Below are positions 44,480-62,880 of a stretch of DNA of 64,000 bases, in pieces (within the stretch, counting starts at the first letter, position 1; each line of letters opens with the position of its first letter). The notes beneath the pieces are model-generated. The model did no database searches, was not told the DNA's origin, and was given only the letters and a program-made list of their open reading frames with translations. A program made the translations under genes and the position numbers. The stretch is from the human T2T-CHM13v2.0 reference genome, Homo sapiens, in the NCBI RefSeq assembly GCF_009914755.1, contig NC_060940.1, one strand, 5' to 3'.

Positions 44480-44960
44480 AAATTACAAAAAGACATGGAG
44501 AAACCTTAAATGCACACTGGTAAGTGAAAGAAGTCAATTGAAAAGGCTACATACTATATGACTCCAACTACATGGCATTCTGGAAAAGGCAAAACGATGG
44601 AGACAGTAAAAAGATCAGGGGTTGCCATGGGCTTAAGATGGAGGGAGGGAGGAGTGAGGAGAGGGAACGAGGAAGGAGTGGGTAGAACATCAAAGATTTT
44701 TAGGGAAGTGAAACTATCCTGTATGATACTGGTAATAGGGGATACATGTCATTACACATGTTAAAGTCCATAGAATACATAACACAAAGTAAACTATAAA
44801 ATTAGTTAATAATAATATATCAATATTCACTCCTTTGTAATAAATGTACCACACTAACACAATATGTTAATGAGGGGGAAACTGTTGGGATGAAGAAGGT
44901 ATATGGGAACTCATTGTTTTCTGCTCAATTTTCTGTATATCTAAAAAATAAAGTCTTTTA
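44480..44960 (+). mobile_element. old L1M 3' fragment
   Basis: aaaaggctacatactatatgactccaactacatggcattctggaaaaggcaaaac motif. Confidence 0.7.
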
Positions 44961-45961
44961 ATTTAGAAAAATATATCTAAGCTATATTTTAAGGCCTTAA
45001 TACTGTGACATTAAAGTGTTTAGACACCTAAATAGGACACACGTATTTTACAGTTATCATGGGCATTTTTTCACATTAGCAAAGAGAGGTGTAATTCTGG
45101 CAGAAATGCTCAGCAGAATGTCATCTAGAATTTGCTTTAAAATAATCCAGCTGGAGATGAAAGGATAGCAAAGAGGCCTAGATGAAACCAGATGGGCCAT
45201 TTGTTTCTAATTATAGAAGCTGAGTGTTAAATATGTACAAATTTATTATACTATGCTCCCTATTTTTATGTGCTTCAGAATGTCCATAATAAAAGTGGGG
45301 GGAGGATATTTATGGTTAAGAAATTAAAGGAGGCCGGCCGGGCGTGGTGGCTCACGCCTGTAATCCCAGCACTTTGGGAGGCCAAGGCAGGCAGATCACG
45401 AGGTCAGGAGATCGAGACCATCCTGGCTAACATGGTGAAACCCCGTCTCTACTAAAAATACAATTGTGCCACTGCACTCCAGCCTGGGCAAAAGAGCGAG
45501 ACTCCGTCTCAAAAAAAAAAAAAAAAAAAAAAAAAAAGAAATTAAAGGAGGCCAGGCATGATTGCTCACACCTGTAATCCCAGCACTTCGGGAGGGCAAG
45601 GCAGGAGGATTACTTGAGACCAAGAATTTAAGGCCAGTCTAGACAATGTAGTGAGACCCCTTCTCTCCAAAAACTACAAAGGTTAGCCAGGCATGGTGGC
45701 ATGCATCTGTAGTCCCAGATAGTCGGGAGGCTGAGTGGGAGAATCACTTGAGCCCAGGAGTTTGAGGCTGCAGTGAGCTCTGATTGTACCGCTGCACTCC
45801 AGCCAGGGGAATACAGCAAGATCCTGTGACAAAAAAAAAAAAAAAAAAAAGAAAAAAGAAAAAAAGAAAGAAAAGAAAAGAAAAGAAAAGCAAAAAAGAA
45901 AGAATCTGGTGCGTAGAGCAATGTTTCCTCAGAAAAAACGAGTAAAGCTACACTGAGACTA

Positions 45962-46281
<320 letters not shown>

Positions 46282-46646
46282 TTAAAAATAAAAGTAAATA
46301 GACACTAAAATGAAAGCATAGATTATAAGACTGATGAATGTACTCTAAAAAATAATATAATAAAGCAAAGCCCTTATTTTTTTTCTTTTTTGGAGACAGG
46401 GCCTTTTTTGTCACCTTGGCTGAGTGCAGTGGCACAATCAGAGCTCACTTCAACCTCAAGTTCCTGGGCTTAATCGATCTTCCTCCCTCAGCCTCCCGAG
46501 TAGCTAGGACTGCAGGTGCACACCACTACACCAAGCTAATTTTTGACTTTTTGTACAGATGGGGTCTCACTACATTGCCCAAGCTGTGCCAGAATTCCTG
46601 GATGCAAGCAATCCTTCTGCTTTGGCCTCCCAAAGCGCTGGGATTA

Positions 46647-47003
<357 letters not shown>

Positions 47004-49397
47004 TTACAAAAATTCACGTGCTTCCACAAAGCAAGAAAATACTTTTTATTTAATGCAATTTCAACTGAAAATTAACTGCTTGCCTTGCCAGCAGTCTCTT
47101 AATATTCTAGTTCTCAGTAGCTGAATAATAATGATCCCTTTACTACAATATGTAAACATGATCTTGGCTAAAAAATCCTAAAGTGCTACTATGACAGGAA
47201 ATGGAACCTGCCATCCTCTATTTCCCATATACCCAACTTCGTTTCTCCCAATGTCACTAAATGGCTGAAGCTCAGAATCTTTATCATGAAATACACCACG
47301 ACAGTAATGGTATTGACAGCATGGGAATAGCCTGCCCACACATACTACAAGCTAGCTCTTGGGCTTTTGGGAATCAATCTTTCAAAACTGAACATACAAG
47401 TCACTTTAAGCTTATTAAAGTTTCTATCTACTGATGGTCTCTTTTGAAAGATAAGCACTCTCATGCTTACCACATAATATCTTCAAAAATCATATTATTT
47501 CCAATACACACACAAACAAAATCCCCCACTTAACTATAATGGCCAATAATTGTGTACTAAATTTCTAATAAAATGGGGGAGAAAACAGAGCAAATGTTTA
47601 AAAATATTTCTATAATATTTAACAACCAATACATACAGGATTTTATTTAGTCTACCCATAGTTTTCATTAAAAGTATCCTTGGAGGTTGGGCATAGTGAC
47701 TCACATCTATCATCCTAGCACTTTGAGAGGATTAGCTGGAAGGTTCTCTTGAGTCCAGGAGTTTGAGACCAGCCATGTCAACATAACAACACCTCATCTC
47801 TACCAAATTTGTTTTTAAATTAGTTGGGCGTGGTGGCTCACACCAGTAGTCCCACCAACTACTTGAGGCTGAGGTGGGAGGATCACTTAAGCCTGGGAGG
47901 TCAAGGCTGCAGTGAGCCAAGATCGTGCCACTGCACTCCAGCCTGGGCAACAGAGACCATGTCTCCAAAAAAAAAAGAGTGGGGGAGAGAGGGCGGAGGG
48001 GGAACCATTCTTGGCCATGCATGCACAGTGGCTCATGTCTATAATCCCAACACTTTGGGAGGCTGAGGTGGGAAGACTGCTTGAGGCCAAAAGTTCAAGA
48101 CCAGCCTGGGAAACACTGAGACCCCATCTCTACAAAAATAAAAAATTAGCAGGAACTATGGTGGGAGGATCACTTGAGCCCAAGATACAGAGGCTGCACT
48201 GAGTCGTGATGGCACCACCCCACTTTAAAAAGAAAAACAAAAAAAGCTGGGTATGGTGACACCCGCTTGTAGGGCTGAGTGAATGGGAAGTTCACCTGGG
48301 CCCAAGAGTTCAAGACTACAGTGAGCTATGATTGCACTACTACACTCCAGCCTGGGTGACAGAGTGAGGCTCCAGCTCCAAAAATAAATAAAAAAAATAA
48401 AAACCCCACCATTCTACCATTCTCAAAGGCCTAAAAGATCCTCATAAATCAATATACACCTATCCTATAAATTATGTCCCTTTTATTTTATGTCTGAATT
48501 AACGGCTTTTTATTTCAACTCTGTACAGTCTTCAACCACCTTTTAGACATTAAAAATGAAGCAAAGATATTAAACCATTTTGAAACCATATTGGTTTAAA
48601 ATACCAATATGCTGGTTTCATTTATCTTTAAGTTCTGACATTTCTGCTCAAGTACACAACTTACTATATAATCAATATCCTATTTTATTTAGCAACATGT
48701 TCAGCAAAAGTATATGCTCCTAAAAGCGAGTTTTATCCTAACAGTAAAATTTTCATCAGTTAGATTAATTTTTTTATGACTGTATCACACATGCTTCTTT
48801 CTCCTTATTCAAAGCAGAGTACAATGCCTGGGGTTCATTTCTTGTGTCTTTTCCACTGAACCCTCATTGGATGTGCTATATACAGTGCAGCTAATGTTTG
48901 AGGCTGCTGAAGTGTGGCAATCTAGCTACCTCATTTTTAATTTGTTTATGTTCTTTGATATCAGGCTATCAAAGAATATAAAGATATACAAGTTTTCATA
49001 TGAGTTCCATCTTATGCTCAGAGAAGGTTACTTTCTGAGGCTTCTCCTATAGTGTGCTATTCGTAATATGTTGAAAAACTAAAAGGAAACCCAATAATTT
49101 AAAAGTAAAATTATAAGAAATATTATTTAAAAATGAAAGAATAAGATTTAAAAATTCAGAGTGGCCTTTTGTCATGGGAGGGTAGGGGAGTTGGATGAAA
49201 GGAGGATGAGATATAACAGGATTCCCTGCTTTTCTGGTTATTTAAGAAAGCAGTCAGACAATATATACATATATACATACATACACACATGCTAAACAAA
49301 TGAAGGATTAATAACAGTTCACCTGGTAAAGAGAATCATTTACAATGTAAAACAATTTTATTTTTGAATGACACTTCAAATGCCCAAAAGCACTTAC

Positions 49398-49570
<173 letters not shown>

Positions 49571-51036
49571 CTAGATGTGAATTCACAGCATTCTTAATAA
49601 GTAGTACATTGTTTAAAAAAAAACAAAAAACTCTAAAATATTTCAATCAATTCATTTTAGAATAGATTTTTAGGCTTTTAGAAAGAGAACTGTGGCCCAT
49701 GAGAATATTCATGACTCTGAATATAAAAATGGGTTTTACCTAATTATTTCAAAAAGCCAACATTAAACCCAATAGACAACAAATTAAGGAAATAATCTCT
49801 TAAATCAACTCAGAAAGCTGTCGGGGAAAAATAAATTCTAGCACATATGCTCTAGTTATATGTAGGTATAAATGAAGACGGAAGCTTTTGCCACTCCTGA
49901 ATTAGTTTTTGGCTAAAAATCTCATTCTAGGTATTCTTTGAGCCACTCAGCTCAACAGTAAGTCCTCCAAACCAAGAGCATGCACATGAAGAGCAAAGGG
50001 AGATTACAAGACCTGGTCTACAGATGTGTAACTGAAGAAGTACGATATATGAAAAGGACAAGATTCGCAAAAACTAGGATACTAGAACCAATGTATACAT
50101 CTACCTAAAATTAAGCACCAAAATAACAGAAGAGAATGAGATCTTAAGGATAACAAGGGGAAACATCTCTACAAACTAGAATGTGTGGCTTATGAGAGGT
50201 AGATCAGCTTTAAACGTGGGCTGTGAAAAAAGACATTCTAGGTGTGGGGGCAAAGAAAAAACAACGCAGAAGCAAAACATTTCCTTGCTTTTCTAGGAAA
50301 GAGTAAACACATCAGTACAGCTAAAGGTACTGAATTCCTGTTGACTACAAGCAGCAAAGATGAAAAAAACAAGATGAGGCCAAAATCTTTATGGGAGCCT
50401 TGATTGGTTGATCTGAATAGGGGAGAAACACAAAGAGATTCAGATAAGAGATGGCACAGAGTTAAGCCATGACAGTGGGGCCAGAAAAGCCAAGTACCAG
50501 TAACAGAGGCTTCAGCAGCGCTCTTAAAGCTCCTATGCTATATTCGTACAGCCACAAAAGCTGGCTGAAGCCAAGGCTTGTCCTCCAAAGTACGATTCAA
50601 GTTCTCCTGTACATATGTAAGAGGAAAATCTTTAGGAGCTTTTGGTGTTTTGTGTTTTTTTATAACACAACATCAATTTGCTTTAAGACTCTGAAGACTG
50701 GGGACAAAAAATAAAAATAAATAACAAAAAATGTCTTTAGAAAAATACCAGCTACCAAGAGTATGTAAAGCTTTGCGAAATACGAAGCTTGCAACGTTTC
50801 TTTTAGTCTCTCCAGTAATTCTCCTGGTAATTTAAACACATCTGAAATAAATGTTTAAAATACTGACTGGGCACGGGGGCTCATGCCTATAATCCCAGCA
50901 CTTTGGGAGGCCGATGTGGGTGGATCACCAGTGGTCAGGAGTTTGAGACCAGCCTGGCCAACACGGTGAAACCCCGTCTCTACTAAAAATACAAAAATTA
51001 GCTGGGCGTAGTGGCGGGCACCTGTAATTCCAGCTA

Positions 51037-51220
<184 letters not shown>

Positions 51221-51284
51221 TTAAAATAAATCTAGCACAATTTAAGATTTTTTCTTAACCAAAATTTTAAGAAACAGCTTTCTA

Positions 51285-51509
<225 letters not shown>

Positions 51510-52247
51510 CTAAAACATGTCCTATATCATAAAATTAAGACTGCTAAACATGCTGATCACGATTAACCAATACCTCTTTAATACCTCTTTAATTTCTGCA
51601 GAAATTAACATGTAAATGTTATTTCCTTACTTTTTCAGTAAATTTCATATCTATATTGTCACTACACATGACTTAAGACTAAAATGCCACAATCTACCAT
51701 TGGCCTGGCTAATCCCAGGGCCACATCTAACCATTAAAGGTGTATACTCATCTCCTCAGTGAAAATGAAACAGACCACTATCACCTGAATATCCTATTTT
51801 CAAAAGTTTATTACACCAAGTAAGTTACGAGAAACTATGACACTTGAAACAAGCTGAAATGTGCAAATGAGCCACGCTAGTCATTCACTTAAATCCAAAA
51901 AAATGGGAAACAAAACCATTTCTCATTTATGACAATTCTCCAAATTAACCCTATATTTCCTTTTTTAAAAAAATAACCAGAAAAACAATAAAATGTGACA
52001 AATAACTTGGATCTTCCATTGTCCACTTCAGGGTATTGCCACTGCAATATATTCTTACCATATACTTTCCTACCAGTACAAACTACAAATAACTTGGGTA
52101 AGTCCTGTCTGTACTTACTCTACCCACCTACTAGTAATTTCCTCTGAAAATATATATTTAGCTAACAAGTCATGTTCATTTACAATAAAACATTTCTCCG
52201 AATTAGTTTTCTTGCATTATTAAAGAAATGGTATTGATAGATGGTCA

Positions 52248-52412
<165 letters not shown>

Positions 52413-52760
52413 TCATTTTAAGATATTACTGCCATTCACCTGTGGACCATTTCACAGCAAAAGATCCTAAAAGGAGCATCTATGTTCTACCTACTTGACA
52501 TTCTAGAAACTTAGAAAGGGGAGAGGGGCAGGAAAATAAAAGAACTACATTTCTGACAACAATGAAATAGTTTATTTTCTTCAAATATTTTAAGGTACGA
52601 ACGTCAGAAAGAAAAATGCGGCATTTAACCCTGGAACCTCAAATATCACTGATTATATTCAAAGGAGCAGAGGCATTGTTTTCCATCTGATTCCTCAGTT
52701 CCTCACACACACAACCATCCCCCTCACCCCATGATCTGAACAACGGAATGAGGAACTCAC

Positions 52761-52886
52761 CCTAAAATTAGCGCTGAAAATATGAGGGTAACATCGAGCC
52801 ACCAAAAGAATGCACTTAACACATTTGCAAAGCAATTCTGGTGTATCCACATTTTCAAGAATTGACTGCAGGCTGGTCATTACAAG
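52761..52886 (-). pseudogene. SMG1P: SMG1P exon ~7 (LVMTSLQ..NFR)
   Basis: ORF track plus splice sites. Confidence 0.9.
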
Positions 52887-52961
52887 CTTAAAAATAAAAG
52901 TTACAAACCGTGAACATTCAACAAAATAGGGAGAAAACAAGCAAATTAGGTTCATTATTTA

Positions 52962-53231
<270 letters not shown>

Positions 53232-55213
53232 CTAAAAACAAATACTGCTTTCTCCTCTTCAATGTTTGTTAATATTAGTCCTTTGACATCAGTTAACATT
53301 AGTCCTTAATAACATCTGTTTACAATATCTCTAAATGCTCTCTTTAAGATTCTACCTGTGATTAAATTTCAAATACAAAAAAGTAAAATGGATTTGGGAA
53401 ACTTTTCTATAAAGTACAACAATTACTTTGCAATCCAAAATACAAAGCAAATTTTATATAATTTATGCTTTAGTATATTAGTACTTGCTTCATATTAAAA
53501 TTAAAGAAGATCAGTATGGCACCACACATGAATAACATGCAGGCTCAGGTTACCATTATACATAAATTTTTAAAATAAATATATGGCAAAAATAAAATAA
53601 TAAATAACTATTTGTCATTCCATTGAAAGAATATTTATTTTGCAGCTGTTAAAAAACATTTTTCCCTAAAAAAGGAAAAGCTGCGCTTTACATAGCAATC
53701 TTATAAAAGAAATGCTAGAATCAGAAAACCATCATTTTACGCTGGGTGCAGTGGCTCACACCTGTAACCCCAGCACTTTGGGAGGACGAGGCAGGTGGAT
53801 CACCTGAGGTCAGGAGTTCAAGACCAGCTTGGCCAGCATGATGAACTCCGTCTCTACTAAAAATATAAAAATTAGCAGAGCACAGTGGCACATGCCTGTA
53901 ATCCCAGCTACTCAGGAGGCTGAAGCAAGAGAACTGCTTGAACCTGGGAGGCGGAGGTTGCAGTGAGCCGAGATCGCACCACTGCCCTCCAGCTTGGACA
54001 ATAGAGCAAGATTACATCTCAAAAAAAAAAAAAGAGAGAAAAAGAAAACCATTATTTTGCAATAGCCAATGTTATAATCTACACAGGCACAGACTATCAA
54101 TGCTAAAAATCATTTAAAAGACATCTTAAGGGTAATTACAGAAATTTGAATATAGAACACATATGTAATAAAATTCATTTTCTTAGGTATGATTACAATA
54201 TTCTTGTTATACAGAAGAAAAACCTTATTCTTGGGAGATGCATACTAAAACATTATGGGGTGAACTGTCATCATGTATATGGTTTTCAGATGCTCAACAA
54301 AAGTGTGTGAGAAAATAAAACTGTAGCAAAATATTAGTAACTGGTAAATCTAGGTGAAGCATATATTATGAAATTATTATCGTTATTTACAGGTATTTAT
54401 TTTACTGGTGCATCTATCTTTCTATGAATGTGAGAATTTTCACAAGAGATGGGAAAATGTTCATAATTATGCATGCAGAATAAGCCCAAGCTGGTGGCAT
54501 TCTGTTCAGTTACAGGTAATTTTCTGAATCCTCCCTCAAATTTTTCTCAAACCTCTATAATCAAGGGGGAAAATGTTTCGTTTTGTTTTGCTTTTTTGAG
54601 ACAGGGTTGCCTATAATGGAGTGCAGTAGCTTGACCATAGCTCACTGTAGCTTCAACCTCCCAGGCACAAGCGATCCTCCTGCCTCAGCCTCCAAGTAGC
54701 TGGGATTACAGATGCATGCCACCATGCCCGACTTATTTTTTTTCCTTTTTTTGATAGAAACAGGGTTTCACCATGTTGCCCAGGCTGGTCTCAAACTCCT
54801 GGACTCAGGCAATTCACCGGCCTCAGCCTCCCACAGTGCTGGGGTTACAGGAGTGAGCCACCATGCCCAGTTAAAAATACATTTTTTATTTAAAAAAAAA
54901 AAAAGAACATTCCTTATATTTCCTTTATATTTTTTAAACTACATACCCAAAATAAAGCATATCAAAAACTATATTAAAAAAAAACCCTAATATCAGATAT
55001 TCCAAACACAACAATACCATAATTTAATCACTTAAAATCTTACTCAAAACTAAATCAATGATCTTTTAGGCCAGGTGTGGTGGCTCATGACACTAATCAC
55101 AGTACTTTGGGAGGCCGAGGCAGGAGGATCACTTGAGGTCAGGAGTTCAAGACCAGCATGGCCAACACAATGAAACCCCATCTCTACTAAAAATACAAAA
55201 ATTAGCCAGGCTA

Positions 55214-55384
<171 letters not shown>

Positions 55385-55987
55385 TTAATATATTCAGATA
55401 CACAAATGTGAAATAAAACTAAGTAGAGCTGGTATTCATTTACACATAATTATCTTATACCATTTGGAATAAGAATTTGGGGCACGTTAGCAAACCAAAA
55501 GGCTCAGAAAGAAGTTGTGATATTTAGTTCTTGTCTCCCTCTACAAATGTGAAGCACTCTTCTATCCAGCATTCCTAGTGGAGTTCCTATTCTCAAATTT
55601 GCAAATCATTCTGGTCCTAAGCAATCTCAAAAAAACATTTCTAAAAACCAAAGAGGAAAAAAATCCTTTTTTTTTTTTTTTTTTTTTTTTGAGACAGAGT
55701 CTGGCTCTGTTGCCCAGGCAATGGTGTGATCTCGGCTCACTGCAACCTCGGCCTCCCGGGTTCAAGCGATTCTCCTGCCTCAGCCTCCTGAGTAGCTGGG
55801 ACTACAGGCACGTGCCACCATGCCTGGCTAATTTTTGTATTGTTAGTAGAGACGGGGTTTCACCATGTTGGCCGGGATGGTTTCGATCCCTTGACCTCAT
55901 GATGTTCCCACCTCGGCCTCCCAAAGTGCTGGGATTACAGGCATATAGGCCACCGCGCTTGGCTGAGGAAAAAAATCTTAAAACTAA

Positions 55988-56260
<273 letters not shown>

Positions 56261-56570
56261 TGATCCGCCTGCCTCGGCCTCCCAAAGTGCTGGGATTACA
56301 GGCGTGAGCCACCGCACCCGGCGTGTAAGCCAATTTCTTAGAAGAAATCTCTCCCTCTTTCTCCACATATATGCATATATGTATGTAGCACTGATCCTTG
56401 AACAGTGTATCCTTTACTCAAACTGAGAAAGAGGAATTTTTAAAACATATTTCCTATCAGTAGATAACCCCTATTCTATGTTTCCCTTCTTCAAGCTCCC
56501 CTCCAAGGACATGTGTTAAGGGACAATTTTCTTCCCAAGTACATCATGCATTTTCCCCCTTCATTCTTAC

Positions 56571-56784
56571 CTGCATTACAGATGAAAAGGCTTTCTTTTC
56601 TCCTACAGTCTCTAGTGCTTTGTAGGTGGCACATAAGTAGAGGACTTTAACTTCATCTTTTGCAGATGAGCTAAATTTGCTAAAACTCCACTTGAAGATC
56701 TTCTCAGCCTCATAGCTCAGAGAAGCACAAAGAAGGCCAAGACAGCAAGCTCCCTCCTGTCTCAACTCCTGAAGCAATTTGCTA
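56571..56784 (-). pseudogene. SMG1P: SMG1P exon ~6 (SKLLQELRQEG..SSVMQ)
   Basis: ORF track plus splice sites. Confidence 0.9.
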
Positions 56785-57530
56785 CTGTGTTTATTTTAAT
56801 GCAAACAAAAAACACACACAAAAGGCTTAAGTTTTCTATGATGACACGAGTAATACATCTTACAAAAGAATGTCTTAAGTGGTTTTTTAAATTTCTATTC
56901 AAACTACATAAAAGGTTGAAATTTTCTCCACTTTAAATACTACATTCTGTCTAGCCTGCATTGCCCTCAAGTATCTGTCTGACATTACTTTCTTTTTACA
57001 AAATCAATTATTTACAAACAGTGAGGGAAGGCCCAAAAATGCTAAATTCCATCTCAAACTGTATTAAATAACTCTCAGAAAAGGGCAGCAACAAATAATT
57101 AGATAAAACACTCTATACATAACTACATTCTACATAATATCCAATATGTAATGACTATAAAATAAAAAATGGTAATAGTTAAATACAGAAACTTAAAAGG
57201 ATAACAGTAATGATTTACATAGAACTTTAATAAGTAACTCTATAAAACAAAACCATCAAAAGGCACTAAGGTTTATGACCAGCTGAGATAAATTTTGGGT
57301 ACTTGCCAACACTGCAAATCTTTGGGAATCACCATAACAAAAAATGACCACACACCTCTGGAGACGCTAATAGCCAGAGAATATATGGTTTGGATCCACT
57401 CTTACCCAAAGAAGGAAATTCCTTTTTACCTCTATTCTCTAAGCAGTTTCAAATTCTCTAGTTTACAAAAACTAATTTTATTCTTCATGCCTGCATCAAG
57501 AGTTTATGCCATTCCATAAGTCAAGACTCA

Positions 57531-57961
<431 letters not shown>

Positions 57962-58062
57962 TCATAAACAAAGCCAGTGGGTTTGTCTTCTTGTGTATTG
58001 TTAAGTAATTTCTAAAAATATATTTTAAAGTCATTTAAACCGAACCATTATTAGTTACTTAC

Positions 58063-58121
58063 CTTTCATTAAGCACATCATGTACAGCAGCCAAGATATT
58101 ATCCAATTGTTTAACTAGTAC
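58063..58121 (-). pseudogene. SMG1P: SMG1P exon ~5 (VLVKQLDNILAAVHDVLNE)
   Basis: taaag|GTA CTA..GAA AG|gtaagt. Confidence 0.9.
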
Positions 58122-58544
58122 CTTTAAAAGAAAACACATTTATAAAAACTTCAAATTCCTATACTTTTAAGAATAGCATTGTGTACTTTTTTACTTGTCT
58201 TCCCTCCAAATTCTAATTCAACAGTACTTTACTTTCTTTATTATTCCCACTCCCCAATGAGCATGTATCAGGAATGTCATGTTTCCTTTCAGCCTATGAA
58301 AGAAATTCACCCACTGGAAACATAGAGCTGTGATCATCAACAAAAAAATAAACTCAAAAAGCTTGTTTTATTTACTTTGAAATCCATTTGAAAAATTGAC
58401 TGATGGATGGAGGGATAGATGGAGAGATATGTGACAAGGCAGTATTTAGGGCAAAACATTAACGACAAAAATTAGATGATGGGTTTAACAGATTCAATGT
58501 CAAATTCTTTCAACTTGCTATATATTTGAAACTACTCATAATAA

Positions 58545-58946
<402 letters not shown>

Positions 58947-59415
58947 TAATTGGTGTAAAGAAAGTGAAGAAAAAAATTTAACCCTTCCCATACTTTGTTA
59001 CATTTCTGTTGTTGTTTTAAGAGACAAGGACTCCCTCTGTCGCCCAGGTTGACATGCAGAGGTGTGATCATATCTCACTGCAACCCTGAATTCCTGGGCT
59101 CAAGTGATTCTTCCACCTCAGCCAGGTGTAGTAGCACATGCCTGAAGTCCCAGCTACTCAGGAGGCCACAGCGGGAGGACAGCTTGAATCCAGGAGTTTG
59201 AGACTGCAGTGAGCTATGATTGTGCCACTGCACTCCAGCCTGGGCGAGAGCAAGATCTTGTCTTTAAGAAGAAAAAGAAATTACATATTAGAGAGCATTA
59301 AGTTCTTGATCATCATAATACAGACTTTCCCCATTCTTAAACTACTCAAGGTAGCATTACCTAGTTTATTATGGAAACACAAAAATCCTCATATTTCCAA
59401 ACATACTATACTTAC

Positions 59416-59552
59416 CAGCTTATTTTCTGGTTGCTGAATAAATTCTTTCAACTGCTTTACAGTGACCAATCTTCAGTCTCTGTCGTCTTCCCGGGTGATC
59501 CTCCGAAGAAGATTTGACAGTCGAGACTCATCACAATAAGACATCGATCTCT
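59416..59552 (-). pseudogene. SMG1P: SMG1P exon ~4 (RSMSYCDESRLS..EDDRD*RL..ENKL) with TGA stop at 59473-59475
   Basis: manual translation; likely CGA>TGA. Confidence 0.9.
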
Positions 59553-59726
59553 CTGTGAATATATAAACATTTTGTTGTCCATTGAGTATAAATAAGCAAA
59601 GGAATTTTTAAATTTTAAAATAATTTTTAAATTTTTAAAATTAAAAATTATTTAAATAATAATTAAATTATTATGGTGGCTCATGCCTGTAATCCCAGTA
59701 CTTTGGAAGGCGGGTAGATCACATCA

Positions 59727-59996
<270 letters not shown>

Positions 59997-61177
59997 TCAG
60001 GGAATATAGGTCCTATCGCTCTTTTGTTCAACTCTATATTCCAAATCCCAGCAGAGTGCCTGGCACATAACAGACCCTCAAAAAAATATTTGCTGAAGGA
60101 AACGAGAAATGAATAACCCTAGGCCAGCTGAACACCTCATTCCAGAGGACTGGCTGGGAGAGAAAAAAGAAAGGCCTTAGTAACAACTTTCTTTGGGTCC
60201 ATTCCAAACTGTTTTCAACATGCAGGTAAAGAGCCTGGGTGTAGGTAAATTAAACAACTTCCAAGGGGTACGGATAAAGCCTCAATCGAGTAAAAACAGG
60301 ATATAGGCTTCTACTTATCATCTAGGTATCCCACTGGAGGAAAGCCTCTTATTCACATTATCATCATTTCCCTGGGATGAAGTTTTGGGGAGCCATAATC
60401 ACACATTTAGTTCAACAAATGTCTAATTATCATCTACCACATGCAAGGCATGCCTCCACTAGAAAGGTAGCAAACCACAACTTTTCTCCCCTTATTTTTT
60501 AATCACAAGAACAAGCACACAATAGTGAATACCATTAGTATATTAACAATGCCTTTAAAAACTAGATTTTTGCTGGGCGAGGTGGCTCTTCCCTGTAATT
60601 ACCCAGCACTTTGGAAGGGCAAGGCAGGCAGATCACTTGAGCCCAGGAGTTCGAGACCAGCATCGGCAACATGGTACAACCCCATCTCTACGAAAAATAC
60701 AAAAATTAGCTGGGCACAGTGGCACATGCCTGTAATCCCAGCTACTCAGGAGGCTGAGGTGGGAGGATCGCTTTAGCCTGGGAAGCAAAGGTTGCAGTGA
60801 AATCACACTAGTGCATTCCAGCCTGCGTGACAGAGCGAGACTGTCTCAAAAAACAAAACAAAACAAAAAACTCAATTTTTGCAAAACATTTTCAACTGTG
60901 CTATTTACCATAATTAGCCAATACATACGTAAACAACAAATCACAAAGGGTCTGACAGTTTCATTTCTAAGGTATGAGAAAAAATTGATAATAAAAGAAA
61001 CCAGAAGGCTGGGCGTGGTGGCTCACACCTGTAATCCCAGCACTTTGGGAGGCCGAGGAGGGCAGATCACGGGGTCAGGAGATTGAGACCTGCCTGGCCA
61101 ACATGGTGGAACTTCGTCTCTACTAAAGATACAAAAAATTAGCCGGGCATGGTGGCACGCTCCTGTAATCCCAGCTA

Positions 61178-61285
<108 letters not shown>

Positions 61286-61313
61286 TCATAGATAAATAAA
61301 TAAATAACTACAA

Positions 61314-61516
61314 GGGGAGCAAAACACACTGGATCCTTTTGGAGGGTGGGGGGTGGGAGGAGGGAGAGGATCAAGAGAAACAACCAATGGGTACCAGGCT
61401 TAATACCTGGGTGATAAAATAATCTATACTACAAACCCTCATGACACAAGTTTACCAGTGTAACAAATCTGCACTTGTATCCTGAATTTAAAAGTTAAAA
61501 AAAAAAAAAAAAAAAA
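61314..61516 (+). mobile_element. L1P 3' end fragment directly after an Alu (61007-61305)
   Basis: gggagagga..aatacctgggtgat..acaaaccctcatgacacaagtttacc plus poly-A. Confidence 0.85.
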
Positions 61517-62412
61517 GAAACTACAATGTCTGAGAGAAGAATAGGATTTTTACAAATCCGTAGCCCATAGAGTATTTCAATAAGGACGGATACCAAAAAT
61601 GTCATCAAGTTACCAGCTGGGAAATTAGGCTCTACTTACAATTCTGTCACTAGCAAACTACCTTTGAAGAAGAGGAATTGTTTACTGAACTACTTTAGAG
61701 TCACTGTTTAGCTTCTATAATATCATAAGTCTAAGGCTTCAAACACTCTGTTTTAACAAACAGCATACATAGCCTTTGAATTCATTCCACTTGTGAAAAC
61801 ATAAAAAGAAATCAGTTTTTTAAAAGTTATATACCAACAATAAAAGCTACACGCACAAAGATTTTCACCAAGATACACGAAGCACACACACAGTATAAAA
61901 AAAAAAAAAAGTCAAAAACTAAATGTCCAAAAAGTAATTACATCTGACAAAGCCCATAACTCAGCTTTACTGATAAATTTCTCTTTAAGGAAAAAAATTA
62001 TCATTACCTCTAATCCTCTGAACTTTCTTTTTTGTTGTTGTTTTTTTGAGACGGAGTCTCGCTCTGTTGCCCAGGCTGGAGTGCAGTGGTGCACTCAGCT
62101 CACTGCAAGCTCTGCCTCCCGGGTAGCTGGGACTACAGGCGCCCACCACCGCGCCCAGCTAATTTTTTGTATTTTCAGTAGAGACAGGGTTTCACCGTGT
62201 TAGCCAGGATGGTCTCGATCTCCTGACCTCGTGATCTGCCCGTCTCAGCCTCCCAAAGTGCTGGGATTACAGGCGTGAGCCACTGCACCCGGCCAATCCT
62301 CTGAACTTCCAAGGCACTCACCTATACAGTGAGGCTACGCCATAAGGCAGAAATGCTATCAGTGTATTTAACTTTAGAAAAGTGCCCACTCTAGGCAGGG
62401 CCCAGTGGCTCA

Positions 62413-62880
<468 letters not shown>

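Noticed and set aside
51568-51595. 11-bp tandem duplication aatacctcttt
   Set aside because: Ordinary intronic slippage; at most a paralog marker
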